In this document: positions 1 through 7,671 of the stretch, piece after piece
Position numbering within the stretch: position 1 is the stretch's first letter
How the letters are laid out: every line of letters begins with the position of its first letter
DNA from: Pseudomonadota bacterium
GTDB lineage: Bacteria; Bdellovibrionota; FAC87; UBA2466
Direction: 5' to 3'
Length of the DNA: 12,417 nucleotides
Assembly: GCA_043767805.1 (NCBI GenBank)
Contig: JAYUGC010000098.1
Location: 1 to 12,417 of the forward strand
The notes under the pieces: model-generated
The model's input: the letters and a program-made list of their open reading frames with translations, nothing else
What the model was told of the DNA's origin: nothing
The model's database searches: none
Position numbers and translations under genes: made by a program

Positions 1-1
1 C

Positions 2-2242
2 CCCATCACCGTTATTGCGGCGCAACTCGCGGTCACGATTTCGCCGACGGTGGAAGGCGGCTATTGTAGCGGGGAGCACAGGGTGCAAGTACGCGACGCT
101 CTCGGAGTAGCTTTCAATTACACGGGGTCGATCAGCGTCACTGGGCTTAGCGGTGACCTTTATACGGCGAACGACTGTAGCGGCACCGCTCTCTCCAGCC
201 TTAACTATTCTAATAGCAGCACGGCTAGCTTTTACGTGAAGACGCTTCTCATCGGTAATCAGGGCCTGACGTTCGGATTGCCAGCTGATCCGCCGTCTCT
301 TGCCGTCAATTTACCTTTCACCGTAGTGAGCACTTCCGCTCCTTACGATCTAGTGCTCGATCAAGTTTCCGCGTCGCTTAGGCTCGGCGAGTATGGGACC
401 ACTCAAGCGCGAGTGCGGGTCAAGAACTCGGCGGGAACTATTTTTACTCCCGCGGCACCGGGATTCGGCGTCACCGCGTCCATTAATAGCGGAACGGGTG
501 AGCTCAGCACTTCGTCCTCGACGACTGGCACCACTTCTCTTGGGTTGACCCTTGGAGCTTCCGCGCTTTTCTTCGTGAAGCCGACGACCGTGACTCTCGT
601 GAGTCCCAAAGTTGGCTATCAGGTCACCGGAACTTATAGAGGCCGGGTGATGACGGAGGTCTCCGGCGATATCACGGTGCTCGTCGTCGCCAAAACCGTG
701 AAGCTTTATGCCGGTAGCGAAGGCGCGGAAATCAACTCGCTGGCGCTCGGTTCCGGAGCTTGCAGTCCTCAAATGACGGTGACCTTGCGGGACGGTCTTG
801 GCCGCCGCTTCACCGCCGCCGCCAATACCACGGTCACCGTGACGTTTGGCGCGGGCCCGACGCTGTCTCTCTTCCACGACGAGAACTGCTCGGATCCGGT
901 GACAGCGGGTAGACCCATTTCGATCAGCGCGGCCGGCGTATCCGATATTTTTCATTTTCGCGAGAGCAATGAAGCGGTCACGAGCCGCACTTTGACGGGC
1001 AGCTCTACGGGAGTCACGGCGGGAACTTTCCCCGTCACCTTTAGCCGCCAGCCGTTCACGGCGGATCCTGGTTTCGGCACGAACGGCACGCAATCCGTAA
1101 GTTTGGACGGTATCGACGTGGTTTCCGGCTTGGTCCAGAGCTCCACCGGAAAATATATCGTCGTCGGCCGGACTCGGGCCGGCACCGGCCAGTTTCGGGC
1201 GGGCGTTGCGATGCTTTCCGCCTCGGGTAAGCTGGATTTGGGCTTCAATACCACCGGCAAGCTGGGCTCCTCCGGAACGGGCACCGTCAATTGCACCGAG
1301 GCGCGAGCAAACGCGGTGGTCTCCGTCGGCTCCGCTTTCTTCATCGCGGGCAAGTGCGATTCCGATTTCTTCATGCAGAGAATCAATGAAACGGGAAGTG
1401 TTCTCGTGTCCGATCGCGCTACCTTCGTCCCGGCTACGGCCGAAGCGTTTGCCATAGCGGCTTCCTCGGGCGGCAATGTTTACTTGGCGGGAGTCGCCGT
1501 TGAAGCGGCGGGAAATCAGTTCGCGGTGGCTCGCTACAATTCGTTGGGTGTCCCGCAAGGGGCCGTTGAGATTCCCTTGGGCGCCCTCGGCACTTTAGTC
1601 GACGTAAAAGGAATGACCGTGCAGCGCGTGGGCGTGGTGGATAAGCTCGTGCTTCTGGCGACGATCAAGAACGCGGCGAACGACAACGACATGGCCCTTT
1701 GCCGGATGGTCGATTCTCCGACGCCCGGTTTGGACACGGGTTTCGGGACCAACGGCTGTCAGATGTTCGATAACGCGGCCAGGGCGGATTCCGCGGCGGC
1801 CTTGCTTGTCGTGGGAGGCAAGCTGCTCGCGGTCGGCACTTCGGCGGCGGCCGATGCCTCCACCTCTTCTTTCCTGATGGCGCAAACGGATGCGAACGGA
1901 GCGCTCGATTTGGGTTTCGGTAACGGAGCCGCTCATCTGGCGACCCACGCTAACGGAAAGATAGAAGCTTTCGCGGCCGCTTCCTTCACGAGCAGCACCG
2001 GCCAGATTCTCGTGGCGGGCCATCGCTTGGTCTCGAGCGATCCGTCTTGGTACGTGGCGCGTTTCTCCGCGTCGGGCGCTCTGGACGGCGCTCCCGCGCC
2101 GAGCTCCAAGATTTTCCCTAATACCGTCGTCGATACCAACCAGCCGGAGTTCGTCGGCGGCGTCGTCATAGGCTCCGACAATAAGCCGGTAATCGCCGGC
2201 CCCGTTGGGGCGAACCTATGGGTCACTCAGGTCCTTCACTAA
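2..2242 (+). CDS. Large secreted/surface protein, 5'-truncated: Ig-like Cys-paired repeats followed by a delta-60 repeat beta-propeller region
   Basis: The frame is open from position 2 (PITVIAAQLAVTISPTVEGG...), so the GTG at 50 is probably internal. Stop TAA at 2240-2242. Ser/Thr/Gly/Ala-rich. The C-terminal half has delta-60 motifs: ADPGFGTNG, GKLDLGFNTTG, LDTGFGTNG, GALDLGFGNG, GKYIVVG, GQILVAG, FAVARYN, WYVARFSASGALD. Confidence 0.8.
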   Translation, partial: PITVIAAQLAVTISPTVEGGYCSGEHRVQVRDALGVAFNYTGSISVTGLSGDLYTANDCSGTALSSLNYSNSSTASFYVKTLLIGNQGLTFGLPADPPSLAVNLPFTVVSTSAPYDLVLDQVSASLRLGEYGTTQARVRVKNSAGTIFTPAAPGFGVTASINSGTGELSTSSSTTGTTSLGLTLGASALFFVKPTTVTLVSPKVGYQVTGTYRGRVMTEVSGDITVLVVAKTVKLYAGSEGAEINSLALGSGACSPQMTVTLRDGLGRRFTAAANTTVTVTFGAGPTLSLFHDENCSDPVTAGRPISISAAGVSDIFHFRESNEAVTSRTLTGSSTGVTAGTFPVTFSRQPFTADPGFGTNGTQSVSLDGIDVVSGLVQSSTGKYIVVGRTRAGTGQFRAGVAMLSASGKLDLGFNTTGKLGSSGTGTVNCTEARANAVVSVGSAFFIAGKCDSDFFMQRINETGSVLVSDRATFVPATAEAFAIAASSGGNVYLAGVAVEAAGNQFAVARYNSLGVPQGAVEIPLGALGTLVDVKGMTVQRVGVVDKLVLLATIKNAANDNDMALCRMVDSPTPGLDTGFGTNGCQMFDNAARADSAAALLVVGGKLLAVGTSAAADASTSSFLMAQTDANGALDLGFGNGAAHLATHANGKIEAFAAASFTSSTGQILVAGHRLVSSDPSWYVARFSASGALDGAPAPSSKIFPNTVVDTNQPEFVGGVVIGSDNKPVIAGPVGANLWVTQVLH
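50..1045 (+). repeat. About three ~110-120 aa Ig-like protein repeats
   Basis: GYCSGEHRVQVRDALG...LYTANDCS...SFYVK; GEYGTTQARVRVKNSAG...LFFVK (copy without Cys); GACSPQMTVTLRDGLG...LFHDENCS...IFHFRE. Cys codons at 65/176 and 761/887. Confidence 0.6.
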
Positions 2243-2293
2243 CCAATGGTAACTAAAAGGATTTCTGGCGCGGTCGAAAGCGGTTTGCCGATC

Positions 2294-2321
2294 TTGCCAC
2301 CGTACCCCTTTGCGTTAAGCT
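2294..2321 (+). promoter_or_regulatory. Putative sigma70 promoter for the GT2-gmhA operon, probably giving a leaderless mRNA
   Basis: TTGCCA (2294-2299), 16-nt spacer, TAAGCT (2316-2321). The ATG at 2330 follows after 8 nt, with no Shine-Dalgarno sequence. Confidence 0.5.
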
Positions 2322-2329
2322 AGCGCCGA

Positions 2330-4120
2330 ATGTCGCTGCTACCACCTATTTCCGCGGCTCCTCACGAGCCGAAGCTGCCTCGCCGCTTTCCTTGGTCGAC
2401 CTTTGGCCGCCCCGAAAGCGCGGAAGAGTTTCTATCGAAGTGGCGGTTGGAGCGTTCCTCTTCGGCTTACGTGCCGGGACTGCCCACGGTCTCGTGGGTG
2501 CTGACGTCGCCGCTCGCGCAAAACGATCCCAATCTGAACACTTGGTCCGTCGAATCGCTGGCGACTCAGTCTTATCCGAAAGTCGAAGTCATCGTGGCGG
2601 GAGATTCGACGCCGGAAACGACCGCCGCGAATTTCAGAGTGTCTCCGGGCGTGGGAACGTTTGCGGAACGAGCCAATCGGGCGGCGCGGATGGCGGAAGG
2701 GGAATGGATTGGTTTCTTGGAAGGCAACCTGCTGCCCAGTCCCATCGCTTCGTTTCAGTTACTTCGCGAGGCCGTGGCTTCGCCGCGGGGAAAGCTCGTG
2801 TACGCCAACGAAGCGCGGGTAGACGCCAAGAAACTGAAAATGCTGGGGTGGCTCGGAAAGCCGCGGGCCAGCTGGTACACGCTCGTTCATTTCAACTACA
2901 TCGGTTGGTGCTGGATCGTGCGGAAAGAAACCTTCCTCGCCTTGGGCGGGTTTCAGGAGCTTTCTGCCGACGAAGCGGTTCACGATTTTCTTCTGCGTTT
3001 TTTTGAAAAGGAAGACGCGGCGCTTTGCGCGCACGCGACTCTCTTTTACCGGTTTCAGGATAAGGTTCCCGCTTACGGCGCCGAGTTTCGGCAAAGTTTG
3101 TCCGAGCGCCTGAGAGCCAAGGGTTTGAGCGCCATCCTCGATTGGTCTTCCGATAAAGACGGCGATCATGTTGCCATCACGCCCGTTCCGAAAGTCCGGC
3201 CCGCGGTTTCCGTCATTACTTGTTTTCGCGACAAGAGCGAGTGGACGATACGCTGCTTGGACGCGCTCGAAGCCCAGGAAGGCGTCGATCTCGACATCAT
3301 TCTCGTCGACAACGATTCTTCGCCCGAGCACCGTGAGCGCATCGAGGCGCGCCTCGCTCACTTCAAGCATCCGGCCCGCCTCGTGTCTCACGAAGGGCCC
3401 TTTCATTTCGCGCGCATGAACAATCAGGCCGTGCGCCAGTACGCCAAGTACCCGCTGATTTTCCTGCTGAACAACGACGTCTACCTGAAAACGTCCGACG
3501 CTATTTTCCGGGCCGCTGCTTGGGCCGAGCTCCCCGATGTGGGCACGGTGGGCATCCGGCTTTGTTATCCCGACGGCCGCGTTCAGCATGAAGGCATTCG
3601 CGCCGCAGCCGGAGGCCCGGGAAGAATGGTCCAAGTCGGGCACTTTCCCAACGTGCACCGTTTGAGTCTCGAGACCCGGGAAGTGTTCGCCAATACGTTT
3701 GCCGCGTGTTGCTTTCGCCGTGAAGTCTTCGAGAAGGCGGGCGGTTTGTGTGAGCTCAATTGGGTCAACGGTTTTGGAGACGTGGCGTTTCAGCTGGGTT
3801 GCCTCGAGCGCGGATACCGTCAGATTTATCTGGGCGGTGTCAAAGGCACCCATCAAGAAAGCGGAAGCCGCGGGCTCGCTTATGAGTATTGGGAAGAGAT
3901 GACGCTCGAGCTGCGTTACTCGGAATTCTTGAAACGCATGGTGCGCGAGGATTTGGCGTGGCACCCCGTGGAAGGGCCGGGAAAGATGGCTCTCGGCGTG
4001 GTCCGGCAAACGGCGTCGTGGTTCCTCCGTGCGGCCGCCCCCGAGCTCGCCGTACCCCTCAAAAGAAGATTGAACGCTTTGAAAAGGCGGTTCACTATGG
4101 AGTCAAATGGGCTGGATTGA
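2330..4120 (+). CDS. Glycosyltransferase family 2, two GT-A domains (RfbC-like architecture); N-terminal domain degenerate
   Basis: 596 aa. Domain 1: SVESLATQSYPKVEVI, NRAARMAEGEWIGFL, LVYANE, FNYIG, LGGF. Domain 2: VSVITCFRDK, IILVDNDS, FHFARMNN, LFLLNND-type motif (IFLLNNDV), VGIRLCYPDGRVQHEG, FGDV, HQESGSRG. Confidence 0.9.
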   Translation: MSLLPPISAAPHEPKLPRRFPWSTFGRPESAEEFLSKWRLERSSSAYVPGLPTVSWVLTSPLAQNDPNLNTWSVESLATQSYPKVEVIVAGDSTPETTAANFRVSPGVGTFAERANRAARMAEGEWIGFLEGNLLPSPIASFQLLREAVASPRGKLVYANEARVDAKKLKMLGWLGKPRASWYTLVHFNYIGWCWIVRKETFLALGGFQELSADEAVHDFLLRFFEKEDAALCAHATLFYRFQDKVPAYGAEFRQSLSERLRAKGLSAILDWSSDKDGDHVAITPVPKVRPAVSVITCFRDKSEWTIRCLDALEAQEGVDLDIILVDNDSSPEHRERIEARLAHFKHPARLVSHEGPFHFARMNNQAVRQYAKYPLIFLLNNDVYLKTSDAIFRAAAWAELPDVGTVGIRLCYPDGRVQHEGIRAAAGGPGRMVQVGHFPNVHRLSLETREVFANTFAACCFRREVFEKAGGLCELNWVNGFGDVAFQLGCLERGYRQIYLGGVKGTHQESGSRGLAYEYWEEMTLELRYSEFLKRMVREDLAWHPVEGPGKMALGVVRQTASWFLRAAAPELAVPLKRRLNALKRRFTMESNGLD

Positions 4121-4745
4121 ACAAAGACTCCGGGAAAATCTCGAGGCAGGCATTCGAGCCAAGGAAACTCTGCTCGCCGATGCCCCTCGTCTCGAAGCCT
4201 TTAGCGGTGCCGTGGAAGCCGTCGTTCAGTGCTACCAAAATGGTGGCAGACTCTACATTGCGGGAAATGGCGGATCCGCCGCGGACGCTCAGCATTTGGC
4301 GACCGAGTTCGTCGCGAAGCTCGCGCGGCCCAGAGCCCCGCTTCCGGCCGAAGCGCTTACCGTCGATACTTCGATGCTGACCGCCATCGGGAATGATTTT
4401 GGTTTCGAGTTTGTCTTTTCCCGTCAGATCGAGGGAAAGATGACCCGCCGGGACGTGTTCCTGGCCATTTCTACTTCGGGCGACTCTCCGAATATTTTGA
4501 AGGCTCTCGAAGTGTGCCGTTCGCTTGCCATCGTTTCCGTGCTGCTTTCGGGCCGGGACGGCGGTAAGGCTAAGGGCTTGGCCGATCACTCTTTACTCGT
4601 TCCTGGCGACACCACCAGCACGATTCAAGAGCTGCACATGGTGCTCTACCACACGCTGTGTGGCTGCGTGGAAGAGGCGATGTTCCCCGTACGCGTGGAG
4701 CACACGCTGCGTACTTCCGCCGAAGCCTCGCACCCCTCGCCCTAG
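4107..4745 (+). CDS. gmhA: Phosphoheptose isomerase (D-sedoheptulose-7-phosphate isomerase, SIS domain)
   Basis: GNGGSAADAQH, TAIGNDFGFEFVFSRQ, AISTSGDSPNI, IQELH motifs. GGAG at 4099-4102 precedes the ATG. Overlaps the GT2 gene end by 14 nt, suggesting translational coupling. Confidence 0.95.
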   Translation: MGWIEQRLRENLEAGIRAKETLLADAPRLEAFSGAVEAVVQCYQNGGRLYIAGNGGSAADAQHLATEFVAKLARPRAPLPAEALTVDTSMLTAIGNDFGFEFVFSRQIEGKMTRRDVFLAISTSGDSPNILKALEVCRSLAIVSVLLSGRDGGKAKGLADHSLLVPGDTTSTIQELHMVLYHTLCGCVEEAMFPVRVEHTLRTSAEASHPSP

Positions 4746-4766
4746 GGCTTACGAACCAAAACCAAA

Positions 4767-4955
4767 ATGACAAACCGAGATGGCAATTACGGAAGCTCGC
4801 AGACTTACCTGAGACAGATCCGCAGAATGGACTCGAGTGTGGACCTTCTGGATCCTTGGGCCAACGTCATGTACCAGCTTCACGCCACCGAGCTCTATAA
4901 AAAGGCGGCTAACGGCGGCGCCGCGTACCTTGAGAGCAAAGGAATGTGGAAGTAG
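4767..4955 (+). CDS. Small hypothetical protein or gene remnant (62 aa), weak resemblance to lysozyme-like/SLT motifs
   Basis: Fills the gap between gmhA and the GNAT gene. ATG is preceded by an A-rich tract with no clear SD. Contains NRDGNYGSSQ and DLLDPWANV. Confidence 0.4.
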   Translation: MTNRDGNYGSSQTYLRQIRRMDSSVDLLDPWANVMYQLHATELYKKAANGGAAYLESKGMWK

Positions 4956-4961
4956 ACGGCC

Positions 4962-5783
4962 TCAGGGCGAGACAGGATCGGCGCGGACGAACCGCAGGCA
5001 CGGTTCCGACAGCGAACTCTGATAATCGTGTTTGGAATTGGCGACGAGATAGCGATTGTCTCTCCCCGCAAACGAAGCCGGGAATTTTTTCAGCGTGGCT
5101 GGATCCGCGATGACCCTTTGTAAGGTATAGCCCGCTTCCAACAAGGTCTTGCCGGTGGGCGTGCCGGCGGCGGCCTGTTCAGGAGTCAGGCCGGCCCGAA
5201 GGCCGTCCGTGAAGACCTTGTAGTTGGTGTGAGCCACGAGGCTCTCGATCTTGGCGGGTTTTTTTTCCACCGCCTGAAACATGGCTTCAATGAGACGCTT
5301 TCCAAGCTTCTGATCCCGATACTTGGGTACGACTTCTCTCACATTCAGCGCCAGGAATTCGGGATAATCCGAGAAGCGGATGAACCCCACCGTCTCTCCA
5401 TCCCGGGCCACGTCGATCTGGTGAGCCCACTCTTTCGAGTAGGTGCCTGTTCTCCATTTGTAGTGCGCGGAAAAGGTAAAGCCTTCGGGAAGGGAAACGC
5501 CCGTGGGCAAGTCCGTGCTTTGAAAATCCGCTCCAATGAAATTCGGGTGGGTCTGCGAGTCGAAAGGTTTGTAATGCTGAAAATCAACGCTCAGGCTCGG
5601 CGAGCTTCCATTTAGATCGTGCGTGAGCTCTATCTCGGGTGCGATTTGCTTCAACAGGGCGCTGCAGGCATCCGAGTTGACGGGTTTGGTTTGGTCCAAA
5701 GGGTCGGCGGTGCGAGCCTCGAAGCTGAGGCCCAGTAGGACCGCTAAGACCCAAATCTTCGGATAACGAGCGGTCCTGCTCAT
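4962..5783 (-). CDS. Hypothetical exported protein with a GNAT acetyltransferase-like domain
   Basis: 273 aa. Signal-like N-terminus (MSRTARYPK-IWVLAVLLGLSFEARTA). GNAT-like core DGETVGFIRF...VVPKYRDQKLGKRLIEAM (motif A-like) and TPTGKTLLEAGY (motif B-like). Starts 10 nt after the glmS stop. Confidence 0.7.
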   Translation of the reverse strand: MSRTARYPKIWVLAVLLGLSFEARTADPLDQTKPVNSDACSALLKQIAPEIELTHDLNGSSPSLSVDFQHYKPFDSQTHPNFIGADFQSTDLPTGVSLPEGFTFSAHYKWRTGTYSKEWAHQIDVARDGETVGFIRFSDYPEFLALNVREVVPKYRDQKLGKRLIEAMFQAVEKKPAKIESLVAHTNYKVFTDGLRAGLTPEQAAAGTPTGKTLLEAGYTLQRVIADPATLKKFPASFAGRDNRYLVANSKHDYQSSLSEPCLRFVRADPVSP

Positions 5784-5793
5784 AGGCGCCTAG

Positions 5794-7671
5794 TCATTCG
5801 ACGGTCACCGACTTTGCGAGGTTGCGCGGCTTGTCCACGTCGGTGCCTCTTTGAAGCGCGATGTAATACGCGAAGAACTGCACCGGGATGCTGAGGAGTA
5901 TCGGACTCAGGCCCCAGGAACATTTCGGCATGGGAACGAAGAAGTTAGATTCCTTCTCGAACGTTTCGTCGCCCACCGTGCCGACAGAGAAAATCTGGCC
6001 GCCGCGGCTTTTCACTTCCTGAAGATTACTCATCATCTTCTGGTAAATGGTCTTCGAGGCGCGGTTTAAAGTCTCCGCCCCTTTGTACTTATAGGGCTGA
6101 TCGTCCGGGGCGAGGGCGATGATGGCCGTATTGCGATCGATGAGCGCGATGGGCCCGTGCTTCAGCTCTCCCGCCGCATACCCTTCGGCGTGAAGGTAGG
6201 AAATTTCCTTCAGCTTGAGTGCGCCTTCCTGGGCGATGGGATAGAGAATGCCGCGGCCCATGTAAAAAAAGAAAGTATTGTTCTGATGCTCGAGAGCGAC
6301 CTTCTCCATCTGTTTTTCACATTGCAGGACTTGTCCCGCGAGAATAGGAAGCTTCAACAGATCTTGGGTCAGCTCCGCGCAAGCTTCCTGGGGAAGGGCG
6401 CGGCTCACGAGGCCTAGCTCCAAAGCAAACATGTAAAGCATGGCCACTTGGGTGGTGAACGCTTTTGTCGATGCCACTCCGATCTCAGGACCGGCGTTGG
6501 TGTAGAGGACCCCGTCCGATTCTCTGGCGAGCGAGCTTTCCCGAACGTTGCAGATGGCGAGCGTGCGGATGCCCTTCGACTTGGCCTCCTGGCAAGCGGC
6601 CAACGTATCGGCGGTCTCTCCCGACTGCGAGACCAGGATCACCAGGGTGGATTTACCCAGGAGCGGATCGCGGTAGCGAAACTCGGACGCGTAATCGACG
6701 TCCACCGGAATCTTGGCGAATTGCTCGATATAGTTTTTGCCGACGAGACCCGCGTGCCGGGCGGTGCCGCACGCGACGATGGAAATATTCTTGATCCCGT
6801 CCAAAATGCCGGGCGTCGTTTTCAGGCCGGCCAATGAAATCACGCCTCTAGCGTGATCGATGTTGTTCTCTATGGTCTGGGTCAGCGCCCGCTGCTGCTC
6901 GTGAATCTCTTTGAGCATGTAGTGGCGATAGCCCTGTTTCTCCATCTGGTCCGGCGTCCAGTTGATCGCCTTTATTTCCGGCTTGATCTCCGTGCCGTCT
7001 TCTTTCTTCAGCTGAATCGAATCGCGGTGGAGGAGCGCGACCTGACGATCGTGGAGATACACGATCTGGTTCGTGCGGTGAAGAATGGCCTGTACGTCGG
7101 AGGCGAAGAAGTTCTCTCCTTTACCCACGCCCAAAAGTAGCGGCGCGCCGTTGCGCGCGCCTACCAGGAGGTCGGGCTCCCTTTCAGATAAGATGACGAA
7201 AGCGTACGATCCTTTGAGGCGTGGCAATACGACCCGCACCGCGGCTTCGAGGGATTTGCCAGCTTGCACTTCGATGTCGATGAGGTGCGCCACGATTTCC
7301 GAATCGGTATCCGACTTGACCGTGCGGCCCAGGCGTAAGAGCGCGCTCTTGTGCTCGAGGTAGTTCTCGATGATGCCGTTGTGAACCAGCGTCACCGCGC
7401 CGACTTGATGCGGATGGGCGTTGGTCTCAGTTGGCGCACCGTGAGTGGCCCAGCGCGTATGGCCGATACCGACCGACCCCGTGAACGAATGATCGGTCAG
7501 CCGCTCTTCCAGGCGGTGGATGCGCCCTTCACACCGAAACACTTCCGTATGGCCTTTCTCCAAGATCGCCACGCCAGCGGAATCGTACCCGCGATATTCA
7601 AGGCGCTTCAGGCCGTCCAGGAGGATGTTCTTCGGGTCTTGCGAACCTATGTAACCGATGATGCCGCACAT
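5794..7671 (-). CDS. glmS: Glutamine--fructose-6-phosphate aminotransferase (isomerizing)
   Basis: MCGIIG N-terminus (Ntn nucleophile Cys), LKRLEYRGYDSAG, GHTRWATHG, NAHPH, HNGIIEN, SQSGETADT, EGALKLKE, ELKHGP and the C-terminal DKPRNLAKSVTVE. Confidence 0.99.
   Translation of the reverse strand: MCGIIGYIGSQDPKNILLDGLKRLEYRGYDSAGVAILEKGHTEVFRCEGRIHRLEERLTDHSFTGSVGIGHTRWATHGAPTETNAHPHQVGAVTLVHNGIIENYLEHKSALLRLGRTVKSDTDSEIVAHLIDIEVQAGKSLEAAVRVVLPRLKGSYAFVILSEREPDLLVGARNGAPLLLGVGKGENFFASDVQAILHRTNQIVYLHDRQVALLHRDSIQLKKEDGTEIKPEIKAINWTPDQMEKQGYRHYMLKEIHEQQRALTQTIENNIDHARGVISLAGLKTTPGILDGIKNISIVACGTARHAGLVGKNYIEQFAKIPVDVDYASEFRYRDPLLGKSTLVILVSQSGETADTLAACQEAKSKGIRTLAICNVRESSLARESDGVLYTNAGPEIGVASTKAFTTQVAMLYMFALELGLVSRALPQEACAELTQDLLKLPILAGQVLQCEKQMEKVALEHQNNTFFFYMGRGILYPIAQEGALKLKEISYLHAEGYAAGELKHGPIALIDRNTAIIALAPDDQPYKYKGAETLNRASKTIYQKMMSNLQEVKSRGGQIFSVGTVGDETFEKESNFFVPMPKCSWGLSPILLSIPVQFFAYYIALQRGTDVDKPRNLAKSVTVE

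Noticed and set aside
350..1558. 402-aa minus-strand ORF
   Set aside because: Antisense shadow of the delta-60 protein. Arg/Gly-rich, no motifs, typical of GC-rich codon bias.
2248..2289. GGCAAACC...AGUUACC on the - strand, reminiscent of a c-di-GMP-I riboswitch
   Set aside because: No GNRA-capped P2 stem, no GACGCAAAGC junction, too short for P3, and not upstream of a - strand gene.
2759..4009. 416-aa minus-strand ORF
   Set aside because: Entirely antisense to the well-supported GT2, with no recognisable family features.
6670..6679. GCGGTAGCG, similar to an ops/JUMPstart element
   Set aside because: Lies inside glmS on the antisense strand and is explained by the EFRYR codons. It is not in an operon leader.
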